A stretch of 64,000 nucleotides of DNA from Treponema sp. Its GTDB lineage: Bacteria > Spirochaetota > Spirochaetia > Treponematales > Treponemataceae. Positions within the stretch are counted from its first letter, which is position 1, and each line of letters opens with the position of its first letter. Below the pieces are notes generated by a model. That model ran no database searches. It had not been told where the DNA came from and was given only the letters and a program-made list of their open reading frames with translations. The position numbers and the translations under genes were made by a program. This document shows positions 39,765 through 48,901 of the stretch, piece by piece. The stretch spans positions 3,921 to 67,920 of the forward strand of contig JAEDJA010000008.1 in assembly GCA_016296575.1 (NCBI GenBank), written 5' to 3'.

Positions 39765-40886
39765 ATGAAATCAAAATCCTTCGAAATCAAATATCCTCAG
39801 ATTAATTCAGGAGCTGGTATTTCTAACGTTTATATTAGTGATGATGCACCAGACTTCATCTCATATTTTTCAGCAGGTCAGCCAAGAAATGACAACACCC
39901 GTTATTTTTTTGTTACAGATGCAACTGTTGCCAGCCTTGACTGCATGAAGGAATTTACAGCTAGTTTTGATGATGGTGTTCTTGGCCAGGACCGACTTAT
40001 AATTCTTGGATCAGGAGAAAAATACAAGACTATTGAGTCTGTTCTTGAGATTGTTAAAGCTGCAATTAATGAAAATTTTTCCCGAAATGACTGTTTTGTT
40101 GGAATTGGTGGTGGAGTTATCTGTGATATAACTGCCTTTGCTGCTTCCATTTTCAAACGTGGTGCTAGAGTAAAGCTTGTACCTACAACGGTTCTTGCTA
40201 TGGTAGATGCATCAATGGGTGGAAAAACAGGATGTGATTTTGATAATTACAAAAACATGATTGGAACCTTCTTCCCTGCAGAAGATATTCTTTGCTACAC
40301 ACAGTTTATTCCAAGCCTTCCAGAAAACCAGTTTAAGTCAGGCCTTGCAGAAGCATTTAAAACTGCCCTTCTTTTTGATAAAGAACTTTATGACTGGTTT
40401 AAAAATGAATCAGTTAAAATCAACAATCGTGATCCATCAACACTTGTTTCAATTATTTCCAAATGTATTTATGCAAAAGGAAAAGTTGTAGAGAATGATT
40501 TAACTGAACGCGGAGAACGTGCACTTTTGAATTTTGGACACACTTTTGCACATGCTTATGAATCCATTGTTGGACTTGGAGCTGTAGCTCATGGAGAAGC
40601 TGTAGCCTGGGGGATTGGCCGTGCATTAGCTCTTTGTGTACACAAGGACATCTGTTCTGCTGCTTATCGTGATGAAATTTTTGAAGTTATGGAAAAATAC
40701 GGTTGGGATACAAACCCTATTCCATTTGCTGTTACCGGTGGTGGAATTGGTGAACGTTTCATTACAGCTATGCAAAAAGACAAAAAGAACAAAACAAGTA
40801 AAATCCGTCTTATTCTTCAAAAAGGACTCTGTGATAATCTGATTCAGGAAGTTGAAGATGAAGACATTCTTTATATTCTGAAGTAA
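39765..40886 (+). CDS. aroB: 3-dehydroquinate synthase
   Basis: GGGVICD, PTTVLAMVDASMGGKTG, KNMIGTF, LNFGHTFAHA, HGEAVA. Confidence 0.95.
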   Translation: MKSKSFEIKYPQINSGAGISNVYISDDAPDFISYFSAGQPRNDNTRYFFVTDATVASLDCMKEFTASFDDGVLGQDRLIILGSGEKYKTIESVLEIVKAAINENFSRNDCFVGIGGGVICDITAFAASIFKRGARVKLVPTTVLAMVDASMGGKTGCDFDNYKNMIGTFFPAEDILCYTQFIPSLPENQFKSGLAEAFKTALLFDKELYDWFKNESVKINNRDPSTLVSIISKCIYAKGKVVENDLTERGERALLNFGHTFAHAYESIVGLGAVAHGEAVAWGIGRALALCVHKDICSAAYRDEIFEVMEKYGWDTNPIPFAVTGGGIGERFITAMQKDKKNKTSKIRLILQKGLCDNLIQEVEDEDILYILK

Positions 40887-40903
40887 ACAGGTAAAACAAG
40901 AAA

Positions 40904-42073
40904 ATGGACAAACCGCTGTATTTTGACTGGGCTGGAACTAGCCCTTCTGATGAAGAAATTTTACGTGAAAGCCTTGAAATCAGCATGAAGTACTGGGGAA
41001 ATCCTTCAAGTGTCCACAATCTTGGAAAAGAAGCCCGTTGTATTCTTGAAGAAGCCCGTGCTAAATGTGCCTCTGTTCTTGATGTAAAGCCTGAACAACT
41101 TTATTTTACCAGCGGTGGAACCGAAAGCGATCATATAATTCTTCTGTCTGTTGCCGCAAAGCCAGTTAAAGGAACTGTACTTATTTCAAATATTGAGCAC
41201 CCTGCCCTTAGGGAAATGGCTGACAGTCTGACAAAATGTGGTTTTCAGGTAAAAAGTCTTTTAGCAGATGAAAATGGAATAATTACTCCGGAAACTGTTG
41301 TATCATCCCTTACAGACAATACCCTTCTTATCTGTATTATGGCAGTTAACAATGAAACTGGAGTAATCCAGCCATTAAAAGAAATCTCCAGCGCTGTAAA
41401 GGAAGCAACAAAAGGAAAACGTCGTCCTAAAATTCACGCTGACTGTGTTCAGGCATCAGGAAAGATTCCTCTTGAAATCAAAGACTGGGATATAGATAGT
41501 GCAGCTTTTTCCGCACACAAAATCTGTGGTCCACGGGGAATAGGACTGCTATACTTAAAAGATAAAGTAGAACCATTTTTAAAAGGCGGCGGACAGGAAA
41601 ACGGTATTAGAAGCGGAACCGAAAATCTTTTTGGTGCAGTAGCCTTTTCAAAAGTACTAGAAAAATACCTGATTAGAAAAGAAAATGAAACAGCTGTGAA
41701 CAAATTTGAAGAACAGAAAATTAATACTGCCTGGTTTATAAATGAGCTTTCAAAAATCAGCTGCTGTACGGTTCTTCCAAAAACAAGACTTTCTAACCAG
41801 GAAAAATTTTCGCCTTATGTAGTTCAGGCTGCATTCAATAATATCCCAGGCCAGGTAATGCTCAGAGCTTTAAATGCAAAAAACATCTGTATATCTACAG
41901 GAAGCGCCTGTTCTGCCAAAAAAGCAAATCGTCCGGTACTTGAAGCAATGCATATTGACTCAAAATTACGTGAAACCGCCGTTAGATTCAGTTTTGGACC
42001 GGGAACTACCCGTGAAGAAATGGAAACACTTGTTGAAGCTGTAAAAGAAGTGGCCGGCACTTTCAATAAGTAA
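40904..42073 (+). CDS. Group I cysteine desulfurase (IscS/NifS-like)
   Basis: GNPSS, FTSGGTES, SAHKICGP, STGSACS. Confidence 0.93.
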   Translation: MDKPLYFDWAGTSPSDEEILRESLEISMKYWGNPSSVHNLGKEARCILEEARAKCASVLDVKPEQLYFTSGGTESDHIILLSVAAKPVKGTVLISNIEHPALREMADSLTKCGFQVKSLLADENGIITPETVVSSLTDNTLLICIMAVNNETGVIQPLKEISSAVKEATKGKRRPKIHADCVQASGKIPLEIKDWDIDSAAFSAHKICGPRGIGLLYLKDKVEPFLKGGGQENGIRSGTENLFGAVAFSKVLEKYLIRKENETAVNKFEEQKINTAWFINELSKISCCTVLPKTRLSNQEKFSPYVVQAAFNNIPGQVMLRALNAKNICISTGSACSAKKANRPVLEAMHIDSKLRETAVRFSFGPGTTREEMETLVEAVKEVAGTFNK

Positions 42074-42117
42074 CCAGCCACTCCAACTTTTAAGATTTTC
42101 TATTCTAATTTATTTTT

Positions 42118-44196
42118 CTACTCTAGAGGAGCAAAATATCCACTTTCATCACGACCACTTCTGTTCAGAAGGTAAACTTCTGCCTCTACAGGAAGATAAG
42201 CTTCACCAAAATTGGTCTTAAGATTTGAAGTATAAGTAAGCTGATAAATTCCAGAAGGATTATCAATAATATCCACAATTACCGAAGAAAGGCCCTGAGG
42301 ACGGTAAACGTAATAAAGTTCTCCCTGGGTATTTTCAATAAGGTAATTAAGTTCATTGTCAACAGCTTTCTGACTTAACTGAACAACACTTAAACCGATT
42401 GAATTATTGTTAAGATAAGCTGCTGTTTCAGACAAACTGTAATGTTCAAAAGCACCCGGTGTAACAGATCCATTGGTGATATATATAATGGAACGCTTCT
42501 TTGCACTATTAATTAGATCATTGGCAGACAGTCTCATGGCAAGGTCCAGAGGAACGTAGGTGCTGTATTTTGTTTTTAATGCTTTTTCCGTAAAGTTGGA
42601 ATTATTCTGAGCAGATCCTGAGTATTCAGTAACTGGAACATTACCTGCACTTACAATTCGCACGGTTCCATTTGCCATACTGCTGCAGATTTCACGTACA
42701 GCAAGATCAATCTGTTCACCGTAAAGTTCACAATCTACATTGCGGTCGATTACAAAGGTAATATCAGCATAATCATTATTAGATGCAGCACCGATGAATT
42801 TCAGATTTGAAACCGGATTCTTATTTTCAGTCACAAAGAAATTCTCTTCAAGAAGACCAACTACAGGATTTCTACGGCGATTTTCTACACGAAGTTCAAG
42901 GGTAACCTGAGGAAAATTATCTGCATTTACTGATTCAACCTGAACAAACATACCACCTACAAGTTCTGAAATTTCAGACATAATGTAGATTTCACTGGCT
43001 TTGTAATCACATACAACCAGATTTCCATTTAAATCAGGAACGGCCTGTGTACATCTTGAAGGAGCATTTCCTGTTCCAGCAATTTCTGACAAGCTTCCAG
43101 TTTCCATATCAATTCGGAAAATCTTGTTGGAATCACAAAGAACAAGTGCATCATTCCAGATTTTAAGACCTTCAGGCTTTTTGAAGGTATTCTGCTTTAC
43201 AAGGTCACGAATATAGTTTCCAGATTTATCAAATTCAACAATATTTCCAGTCTGGTCATCTGCAACATAAATAACATCATTGTAAATAGCAATTCCAGTT
43301 GGTCCTTTTAGACCTTTGAAAGCTCCCTCTTTTTTTCCAAAAGTAAAAAGTGCATTTCCTTCAAAATCAAAAACAACCACCCGCCGGTTTCCATAATCTG
43401 TTACAAAAATGTTTTCATTACTGTCTGTGGCAAGATACTGAGGTCCAACAAACTGTCCGTTTCCCCGCCCTCGTTCACCAATGTATTTTTCAAAATGACC
43501 GTTTTTATCAAGAAGTGCAAGTCTGTCACCAAGACTTTCGGAAACAAGAATCTTTCCACCACTAAGACGAAGAAGATCAAAAGGTCTGTCAAAACCATTA
43601 ACAGGACCTGTAACTCGGCTGGAAATAAAACCATTCTGATTTATCAGGAAAAGCTCATTGGAGCCAGTGGAAACAACCCAGTAAGTTCCATCAGAATTTG
43701 GAAGAATGGCTGTAGGACCGGCAAAAATAAAATTACCGTCATAATTTCCCGAGAAAGATCCAGCTTCAGAAAGCTTTGCATCAGCAGAAACATCGGTTGC
43801 TCGTCGATTCTGAACAATTTCTATCTTATTGGCAAGAAGAAGACCACCATAACCGTTTTCAAGAGCATTATTCCAGTAGGAAAGAGAAAGTCCTTCAAGC
43901 CCAGATTTATAATTTGCCTTACCAAGCCAGTCCAAAATCAAATTGTCATTTGGAAGATAAGAAAGTGCCTTTTCAAACTGAAGAACAGCTTCATTGTAGG
44001 CCCCTCTATAATAGGACTGAACACCACGCCGGAATTCCTGGGCGGCCATTCCTTCATCACTGGTCCTGATTCTGTCAACGGAAGCTTTCATACCTGCATT
44101 GGCATTTTCAGTAAGCGTCTGGGCAAAAACAAAACCAGAAAAGATTACAGAGAAAACTAGAACAGCTATTTTCTTAGCAGAAAGGTTTAATTTCAT
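42118..44196 (-). CDS. Exported TPR + NHL beta-propeller + vWA-like protein
   Basis: Signal peptide, TPR, NHL repeats (GQFVGPQYLATD, FVTDYGNRRVVVFD), C-terminal vWA-like fold. Confidence 0.85.
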   Translation of the reverse strand: MKLNLSAKKIAVLVFSVIFSGFVFAQTLTENANAGMKASVDRIRTSDEGMAAQEFRRGVQSYYRGAYNEAVLQFEKALSYLPNDNLILDWLGKANYKSGLEGLSLSYWNNALENGYGGLLLANKIEIVQNRRATDVSADAKLSEAGSFSGNYDGNFIFAGPTAILPNSDGTYWVVSTGSNELFLINQNGFISSRVTGPVNGFDRPFDLLRLSGGKILVSESLGDRLALLDKNGHFEKYIGERGRGNGQFVGPQYLATDSNENIFVTDYGNRRVVVFDFEGNALFTFGKKEGAFKGLKGPTGIAIYNDVIYVADDQTGNIVEFDKSGNYIRDLVKQNTFKKPEGLKIWNDALVLCDSNKIFRIDMETGSLSEIAGTGNAPSRCTQAVPDLNGNLVVCDYKASEIYIMSEISELVGGMFVQVESVNADNFPQVTLELRVENRRRNPVVGLLEENFFVTENKNPVSNLKFIGAASNNDYADITFVIDRNVDCELYGEQIDLAVREICSSMANGTVRIVSAGNVPVTEYSGSAQNNSNFTEKALKTKYSTYVPLDLAMRLSANDLINSAKKRSIIYITNGSVTPGAFEHYSLSETAAYLNNNSIGLSVVQLSQKAVDNELNYLIENTQGELYYVYRPQGLSSVIVDIIDNPSGIYQLTYTSNLKTNFGEAYLPVEAEVYLLNRSGRDESGYFAPLE

Positions 44197-44885
44197 TATT
44201 TTCCACCTTTTTGAACGGCAAGACGGATATGTTCTGCAATTTCAGCATTTTCTTTATCAAGATTTTCTGCCATTTCAAGATATTTAATTGCATCTCCATA
44301 AAGCCCAAGTTTATAATAAACCCAGCCTAGTGAATCCAGGCAGGCCGCACTATTTGGGGAAGATTCAACAGCTTTTTTGCAAAGGCTCAGAGCTTTTGTA
44401 AGATCCTTGTCAGAACATGCAAGCACATAGCCCATTCCATTAAGGGAAGTTACATTTTCTGGATCTGCCTTAAGCGATTTTTCATAATATGAAAGACATT
44501 TCTCGGTATCTTTCTGTTCCCATGCAACAAAAGCAATGGCTGCGTAAACTGAGGGAGTCATATAACCGGTCTCAAGCAATTTGTTCAATTCAAAATCAGC
44601 TAGCCGACGTCGGCCGGAAACAGCATAAATAACGGCAAGAAGAAAACGGCACTGAAGCACCCTTTCTATCTGACCACCTGAAGTAACAACTGTTTCCAGA
44701 TACAAAAGTGCATCTTCATATTTCTGAAGCTTTGCGTAACAAAGACCAAGGTAATATGCAGTTTCCATTGGATCGGCACCACTATCTGCAGGAAGTGAAA
44801 GGAAAAAGTTTAATGCTTTCTTAAAAGCTTTTTTATTGTAAAAATTAATGCCTTCTGAAAGAATCTGATTCTGTTTATTCTCCAT
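44196..44885 (-). CDS. Tetratricopeptide-repeat protein
   Basis: TPR motifs (LNGMGY, LDSLGWVYYKLG); SD AGGAGG. Confidence 0.9.
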   Translation of the reverse strand: MENKQNQILSEGINFYNKKAFKKALNFFLSLPADSGADPMETAYYLGLCYAKLQKYEDALLYLETVVTSGGQIERVLQCRFLLAVIYAVSGRRRLADFELNKLLETGYMTPSVYAAIAFVAWEQKDTEKCLSYYEKSLKADPENVTSLNGMGYVLACSDKDLTKALSLCKKAVESSPNSAACLDSLGWVYYKLGLYGDAIKYLEMAENLDKENAEIAEHIRLAVQKGGK

Positions 44886-44941
44886 TTTTTATCCTCCTTT
44901 TTTAGTTTCAAACACAAATAGTGCCTTATGGTTACATTATA

Positions 44942-45709
44942 TTAAAACTCAAAGCCTATATTCTTATTGATAGGAATGCAGTTTTCTTCAGCCAGAATCT
45001 TTGCCACAGAAACAGAATGTTTTTCTGTAATGGCATAATCGCTTTTAGAACCGCCTAAAGTAGTACTTCCTCCAGGAAGGAAATGTGTACTAAAGATACC
45101 TTCTTTTACAGCGTTTAATTCCACACGGTCTCTATAAGATCTTTGAGCTACCTCTTCTACAAATTCAACTGCTGTAATTTTATCTCCAGAATATCCGTTT
45201 ACATTTACATAAGCATAAGGAAAACTTACATCGCAAAGAGAAACAAGCTTTTCCAGATTTCGGGCAATAAACTCTGCCATATTATCAAAGGAATAATCAT
45301 CTTCCGATGCCGAAAACCCCTTTTCGTGTTCAAGACTTACTGCAACAGAAGGAATTTCATACATAACTCCCTGACGGGCTGCAGCACAGGTTCCTGAATA
45401 TACAATATCTGATCCAAGATTTGCACCTTTGTTTATACCAGAAATGATGCAATCAGGCTTAACAGGAAGAAAATCACTTCTAACTCCAACAGCAACACAA
45501 TCTACAGGATAACCAGAACAGGACCATTCATTAAAATCCCTTTTGATAACCTCAAGAGAGTCTTTCATATTAATATGATGAGAAACAGCTGATCGATTGG
45601 AAGCCGGTGCAATCAGATAGACAGTGTGTCCCTTTTTTACCAGAGCATTTTTTAAAGCCTGAATACCTTTTGCTTTGTAACCGTCATCATTTGTAAGCAG
45701 AATATTCAT
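44942..45709 (-). CDS. surE: 5'/3'-nucleotidase SurE
   Basis: ILLTNDDG, SGINKGANLG, YSGT. Confidence 0.95.
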   Translation of the reverse strand: MNILLTNDDGYKAKGIQALKNALVKKGHTVYLIAPASNRSAVSHHINMKDSLEVIKRDFNEWSCSGYPVDCVAVGVRSDFLPVKPDCIISGINKGANLGSDIVYSGTCAAARQGVMYEIPSVAVSLEHEKGFSASEDDYSFDNMAEFIARNLEKLVSLCDVSFPYAYVNVNGYSGDKITAVEFVEEVAQRSYRDRVELNAVKEGIFSTHFLPGGSTTLGGSKSDYAITEKHSVSVAKILAEENCIPINKNIGFEF

Positions 45710-45715
45710 AAAACC

Positions 45716-46897
45716 TTAATCCACCAAAAGAGATGCGCCATCAACAGGATTTACAATGTAACAGTCAGTCTTAAATCCAAAAATCTTTTCGAATTCATGA
45801 AGTTTTTCTGTAAATTTTTCAATATCACTATCGCGAAGAACAGCATAAAGACATCGTCCAAAGCCTTTTCCCGTTATTCTACCGCAGGAAACTGGATTTC
45901 TTAACATATCAAGCATAGGTTCAATTTCATTTACCCGTTTCAAAAGCCAGTCAATTTCAGGACAGGAAATTTCATAAAGATCACGCATATCTTCATGACT
46001 GTGATTTACAGATCGTGCAAATTTAAAGAAATCATTTTTCTGAAGACCATCCACAGCATCCTGAAGATCGTTATGTTCATTCATAATACAAATCAATTTA
46101 CGGCGATGAGCTTCATCCATAATTGAAAGCTGTTCATTAATATCCGTAACATTTTTTATGTAATGCCATCCACCGTAATCAGTTGGTTTACGTTCACGAA
46201 GATCTCCAAGAACCAATGCATACTGAGGTTCAAAAAGTGATTCTTCATTCCAAACTGCGTAACGAGGAACATGAGTATCAACTATAAGAACTTTTTTATC
46301 TTCAAAACTGAAAGGAACATAATCCCATGTATTTTTTTGATGATCTGTTACAATGAGACTGTCTTTTTTTGAGAACATGGCAGAAAAATTGTCAGCGATA
46401 TAATTATTCTGCTGCATGAAACGTCGATTACCGCGTTCAAGCACTTGTAAAAGCTCAGCATCGGAAAGTGTAAGATTAAAAAGCTTGCGGATTGCAATGG
46501 CGAAGGCAGTCTTTATAGCAGTAGTAATTCCAAAACCGGCAGATGGCAGTACATCAGAATAGACTGTTACATCCATTCCTCCAAGGTTAAATCCACCAGA
46601 AGTAAAACCGTAAATTACAGACTTAAGAAAGTTAGCCCACTTGTCTTCTTTTTTATATTTAAGTGATGATAGATTGGATTTCTTTTTATCATTTATCTGA
46701 TGAAAATAGAAATTAGCGGTATTGTCGTCACGTTTAGACACACCGATATAGACGTAAATGTCTACCGCCATAGATAAAGTCTTGTCTTTGAAAAACCAGG
46801 AATGTTCACCGATAAGATGGAAACGTCCTGGTGCCTTTGCAGACACTTCGGGCAGTTTTTCCCACGCAGTCAGATGCGCGTCATTCAGTAGTTTCAT
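45716..46897 (-). CDS. Galactokinase-like GHMP-family protein with divergent motifs
   Basis: APGRFHLIGEH, LPSAGFGITTA, SHEDMRDLYEISCPEID, GRITGKGFGRC. Confidence 0.8.
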   Translation of the reverse strand: MKLLNDAHLTAWEKLPEVSAKAPGRFHLIGEHSWFFKDKTLSMAVDIYVYIGVSKRDDNTANFYFHQINDKKKSNLSSLKYKKEDKWANFLKSVIYGFTSGGFNLGGMDVTVYSDVLPSAGFGITTAIKTAFAIAIRKLFNLTLSDAELLQVLERGNRRFMQQNNYIADNFSAMFSKKDSLIVTDHQKNTWDYVPFSFEDKKVLIVDTHVPRYAVWNEESLFEPQYALVLGDLRERKPTDYGGWHYIKNVTDINEQLSIMDEAHRRKLICIMNEHNDLQDAVDGLQKNDFFKFARSVNHSHEDMRDLYEISCPEIDWLLKRVNEIEPMLDMLRNPVSCGRITGKGFGRCLYAVLRDSDIEKFTEKLHEFEKIFGFKTDCYIVNPVDGASLLVD

Positions 46898-46991
46898 AGA
46901 AGCAGATATTCCCCTCTTTATTGCTTTTTTTACTTGTGCAGATCGCTGTTTTTTTCGATAATATATTATATATCTCTAATATTATAATATT

Positions 46992-48821
46992 ATGAAAGCG
47001 ATTTTACAAGTTTTTTTATCAGTTTTTTCAGGCGTGCTTTTAGCCTTAGCAATCCCAAACGAATTGTATTTGATGGGGTCCCCTTTTTACACACTGATAG
47101 CTATCATTCCATTTTATCTTGCCATAAAAGACTGTAAATCCTTCCGTTTTTCATTTGTTCTTTCTTTCATTCAGACCATTACGGTTCATCTTTGTTCCAG
47201 TTTCTGGCTGGGTTATTTCAAAGATTTTGCAGCCCTTACACTTGGAGCTTCTGCCTTTGGAACAGGAATGATTGGTGGAATTTTTGGAATATTTTTTCAT
47301 TTCCCATATTATTCTGAATCAAAAAGAAACAGACTTAATCTATTTTCATTAAAAGAAAACAACACTCCTGCATTCAGAATATTCTGGTTCTCCTTTATTT
47401 ATGTACTATACGAATGGTTCAAATCAACAGGTTTCCTTGGTTATCCATGGGGAACAGTTTCTACTGCCGTTTACCGATGGCAGCTGCTTATCCAGATTGC
47501 AGCAATTACAGGTACTTATGGAGTAACATTCATTCTGGTATTTTTCAATGCTCTTATTGCAGAAGGATTTTCACTTTACGATACACTGATCATTACTGAC
47601 AACAAACCGGCTTACCGCATTAAACTCTCATATACAGCAGTAGCTAAAACCTGGGCAGTTTCAATGGGACTTATCCTTATTTACGGTGCAGTATCTTATT
47701 CACTACCCCGTAACCCCGAAAAATATCTGGATACAATTATTGTTCAGCAGAATTCAGACCCATGGAAAAATGCAATCGATACAACAAACATTGAAAACTC
47801 AATGAAAGAAACAGAAAAAGTACTTTCCATGCTTCAGGATAGAGATAAAAAACCAGACCTTATTGTATGGAGCGAAGGTGTACTTAACAGACCTTTCCCT
47901 CATAACCAGTGGTACTATGAAAACAGACCTGAAAACAAACCACTGATTGATTTTATCAAAGACAACAATATTCCCTTTCTTGTAGGTGGAGTGTGGCAAA
48001 CACGTGTTTCCGACACAAAAATCAATCTATATAATTCCACACTTATGTTTGATGGAAATGGTAATCTCAGAGGTCATTATCCTAAAAATCATCTTGTTCC
48101 ATTTGCAGAAGCAATTCCTTTCTCAAAAATCAAATGGATTCATGACATTATTTTCAAGATTACAAAAATTTCTGCAGGCTGGACTCCAGGTGATCAATAT
48201 GTATTTTTCCAGATTCCTGCTTCCTGGTCAGAATATCACAAGGAAGGTGAAGCTAAAACCATCAGCCTTGCAAAATCATATGGGGAACAAATAATAGAAG
48301 AAAACGCACAGCCAACTGTTACAATCAGCACTCCAATCTGCTATGACGATGCATTCCCAGATGTATGCCGGCCTTTGTGGAAATATGGAACTGAAGTATT
48401 TATGAATCTTACTGATGATTCATGGAGCTTAAAAAAATCCAGCGAATTCCAGCATTTCTGTGTTGCCGCATATCGTGCCATTGAATACCGCACTACCCTT
48501 GTAAGATCTACAAATGCAGGCTATTCAGTTGTTGTTGATCCAGCTGGTCGAATCTTATATGACATGCCTCTGTTTGAACAGACTTCCATGGAATGCCAGG
48601 TTCCAGTTTACAAGCGAGTTACTACAACTTATGCCCTTCTTGGTAACTGGTTTCCATGCCTTCTTCTTTTCTTATGTCTTCTTTCGATTCTTTATGAAAT
48701 CCTTATTTTCCAGAAAAGTGATTATATTCCATCTGAGCGGATTATAAAGAAAGGAAAAAAACACAAGAAAGCTTCAAAAAAAGATGGAAAAAAACACAAG
48801 AAACATCATAAAACAAAATGA
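46992..48821 (+). CDS. lnt: Apolipoprotein N-acyltransferase
   Basis: GFLGYPWG, catalytic triad WSEG / KNHLVPFAE / ICYD, RAIEYR, RSTNAGYS. Confidence 0.95.
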   Translation: MKAILQVFLSVFSGVLLALAIPNELYLMGSPFYTLIAIIPFYLAIKDCKSFRFSFVLSFIQTITVHLCSSFWLGYFKDFAALTLGASAFGTGMIGGIFGIFFHFPYYSESKRNRLNLFSLKENNTPAFRIFWFSFIYVLYEWFKSTGFLGYPWGTVSTAVYRWQLLIQIAAITGTYGVTFILVFFNALIAEGFSLYDTLIITDNKPAYRIKLSYTAVAKTWAVSMGLILIYGAVSYSLPRNPEKYLDTIIVQQNSDPWKNAIDTTNIENSMKETEKVLSMLQDRDKKPDLIVWSEGVLNRPFPHNQWYYENRPENKPLIDFIKDNNIPFLVGGVWQTRVSDTKINLYNSTLMFDGNGNLRGHYPKNHLVPFAEAIPFSKIKWIHDIIFKITKISAGWTPGDQYVFFQIPASWSEYHKEGEAKTISLAKSYGEQIIEENAQPTVTISTPICYDDAFPDVCRPLWKYGTEVFMNLTDDSWSLKKSSEFQHFCVAAYRAIEYRTTLVRSTNAGYSVVVDPAGRILYDMPLFEQTSMECQVPVYKRVTTTYALLGNWFPCLLLFLCLLSILYEILIFQKSDYIPSERIIKKGKKHKKASKKDGKKHKKHHKTK

Positions 48822-48866
48822 TAATTTTTCCTACAAAATGAACCCTACCATAGGATCCGTTTTTCA

Positions 48867-48895
48867 TTGACCCAAGGCCACTACGAGTCTATAAT
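48867..48895 (+). promoter_or_regulatory. Near-consensus sigma70 promoter of the ribulokinase-araD operon (probably leaderless)
   Basis: TTGACC-17 nt-TATAAT-6 nt-ATG(48902), with no SD. Confidence 0.75.
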
Positions 48896-48901
48896 TTGAT
48901 T

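Noticed and set aside
43495..44160. 221-aa plus-strand ORF antisense to the NHL gene
   Set aside because: It lies fully inside a well-supported opposite-strand gene and has no recognisable motifs or SD, so it is a shadow ORF.
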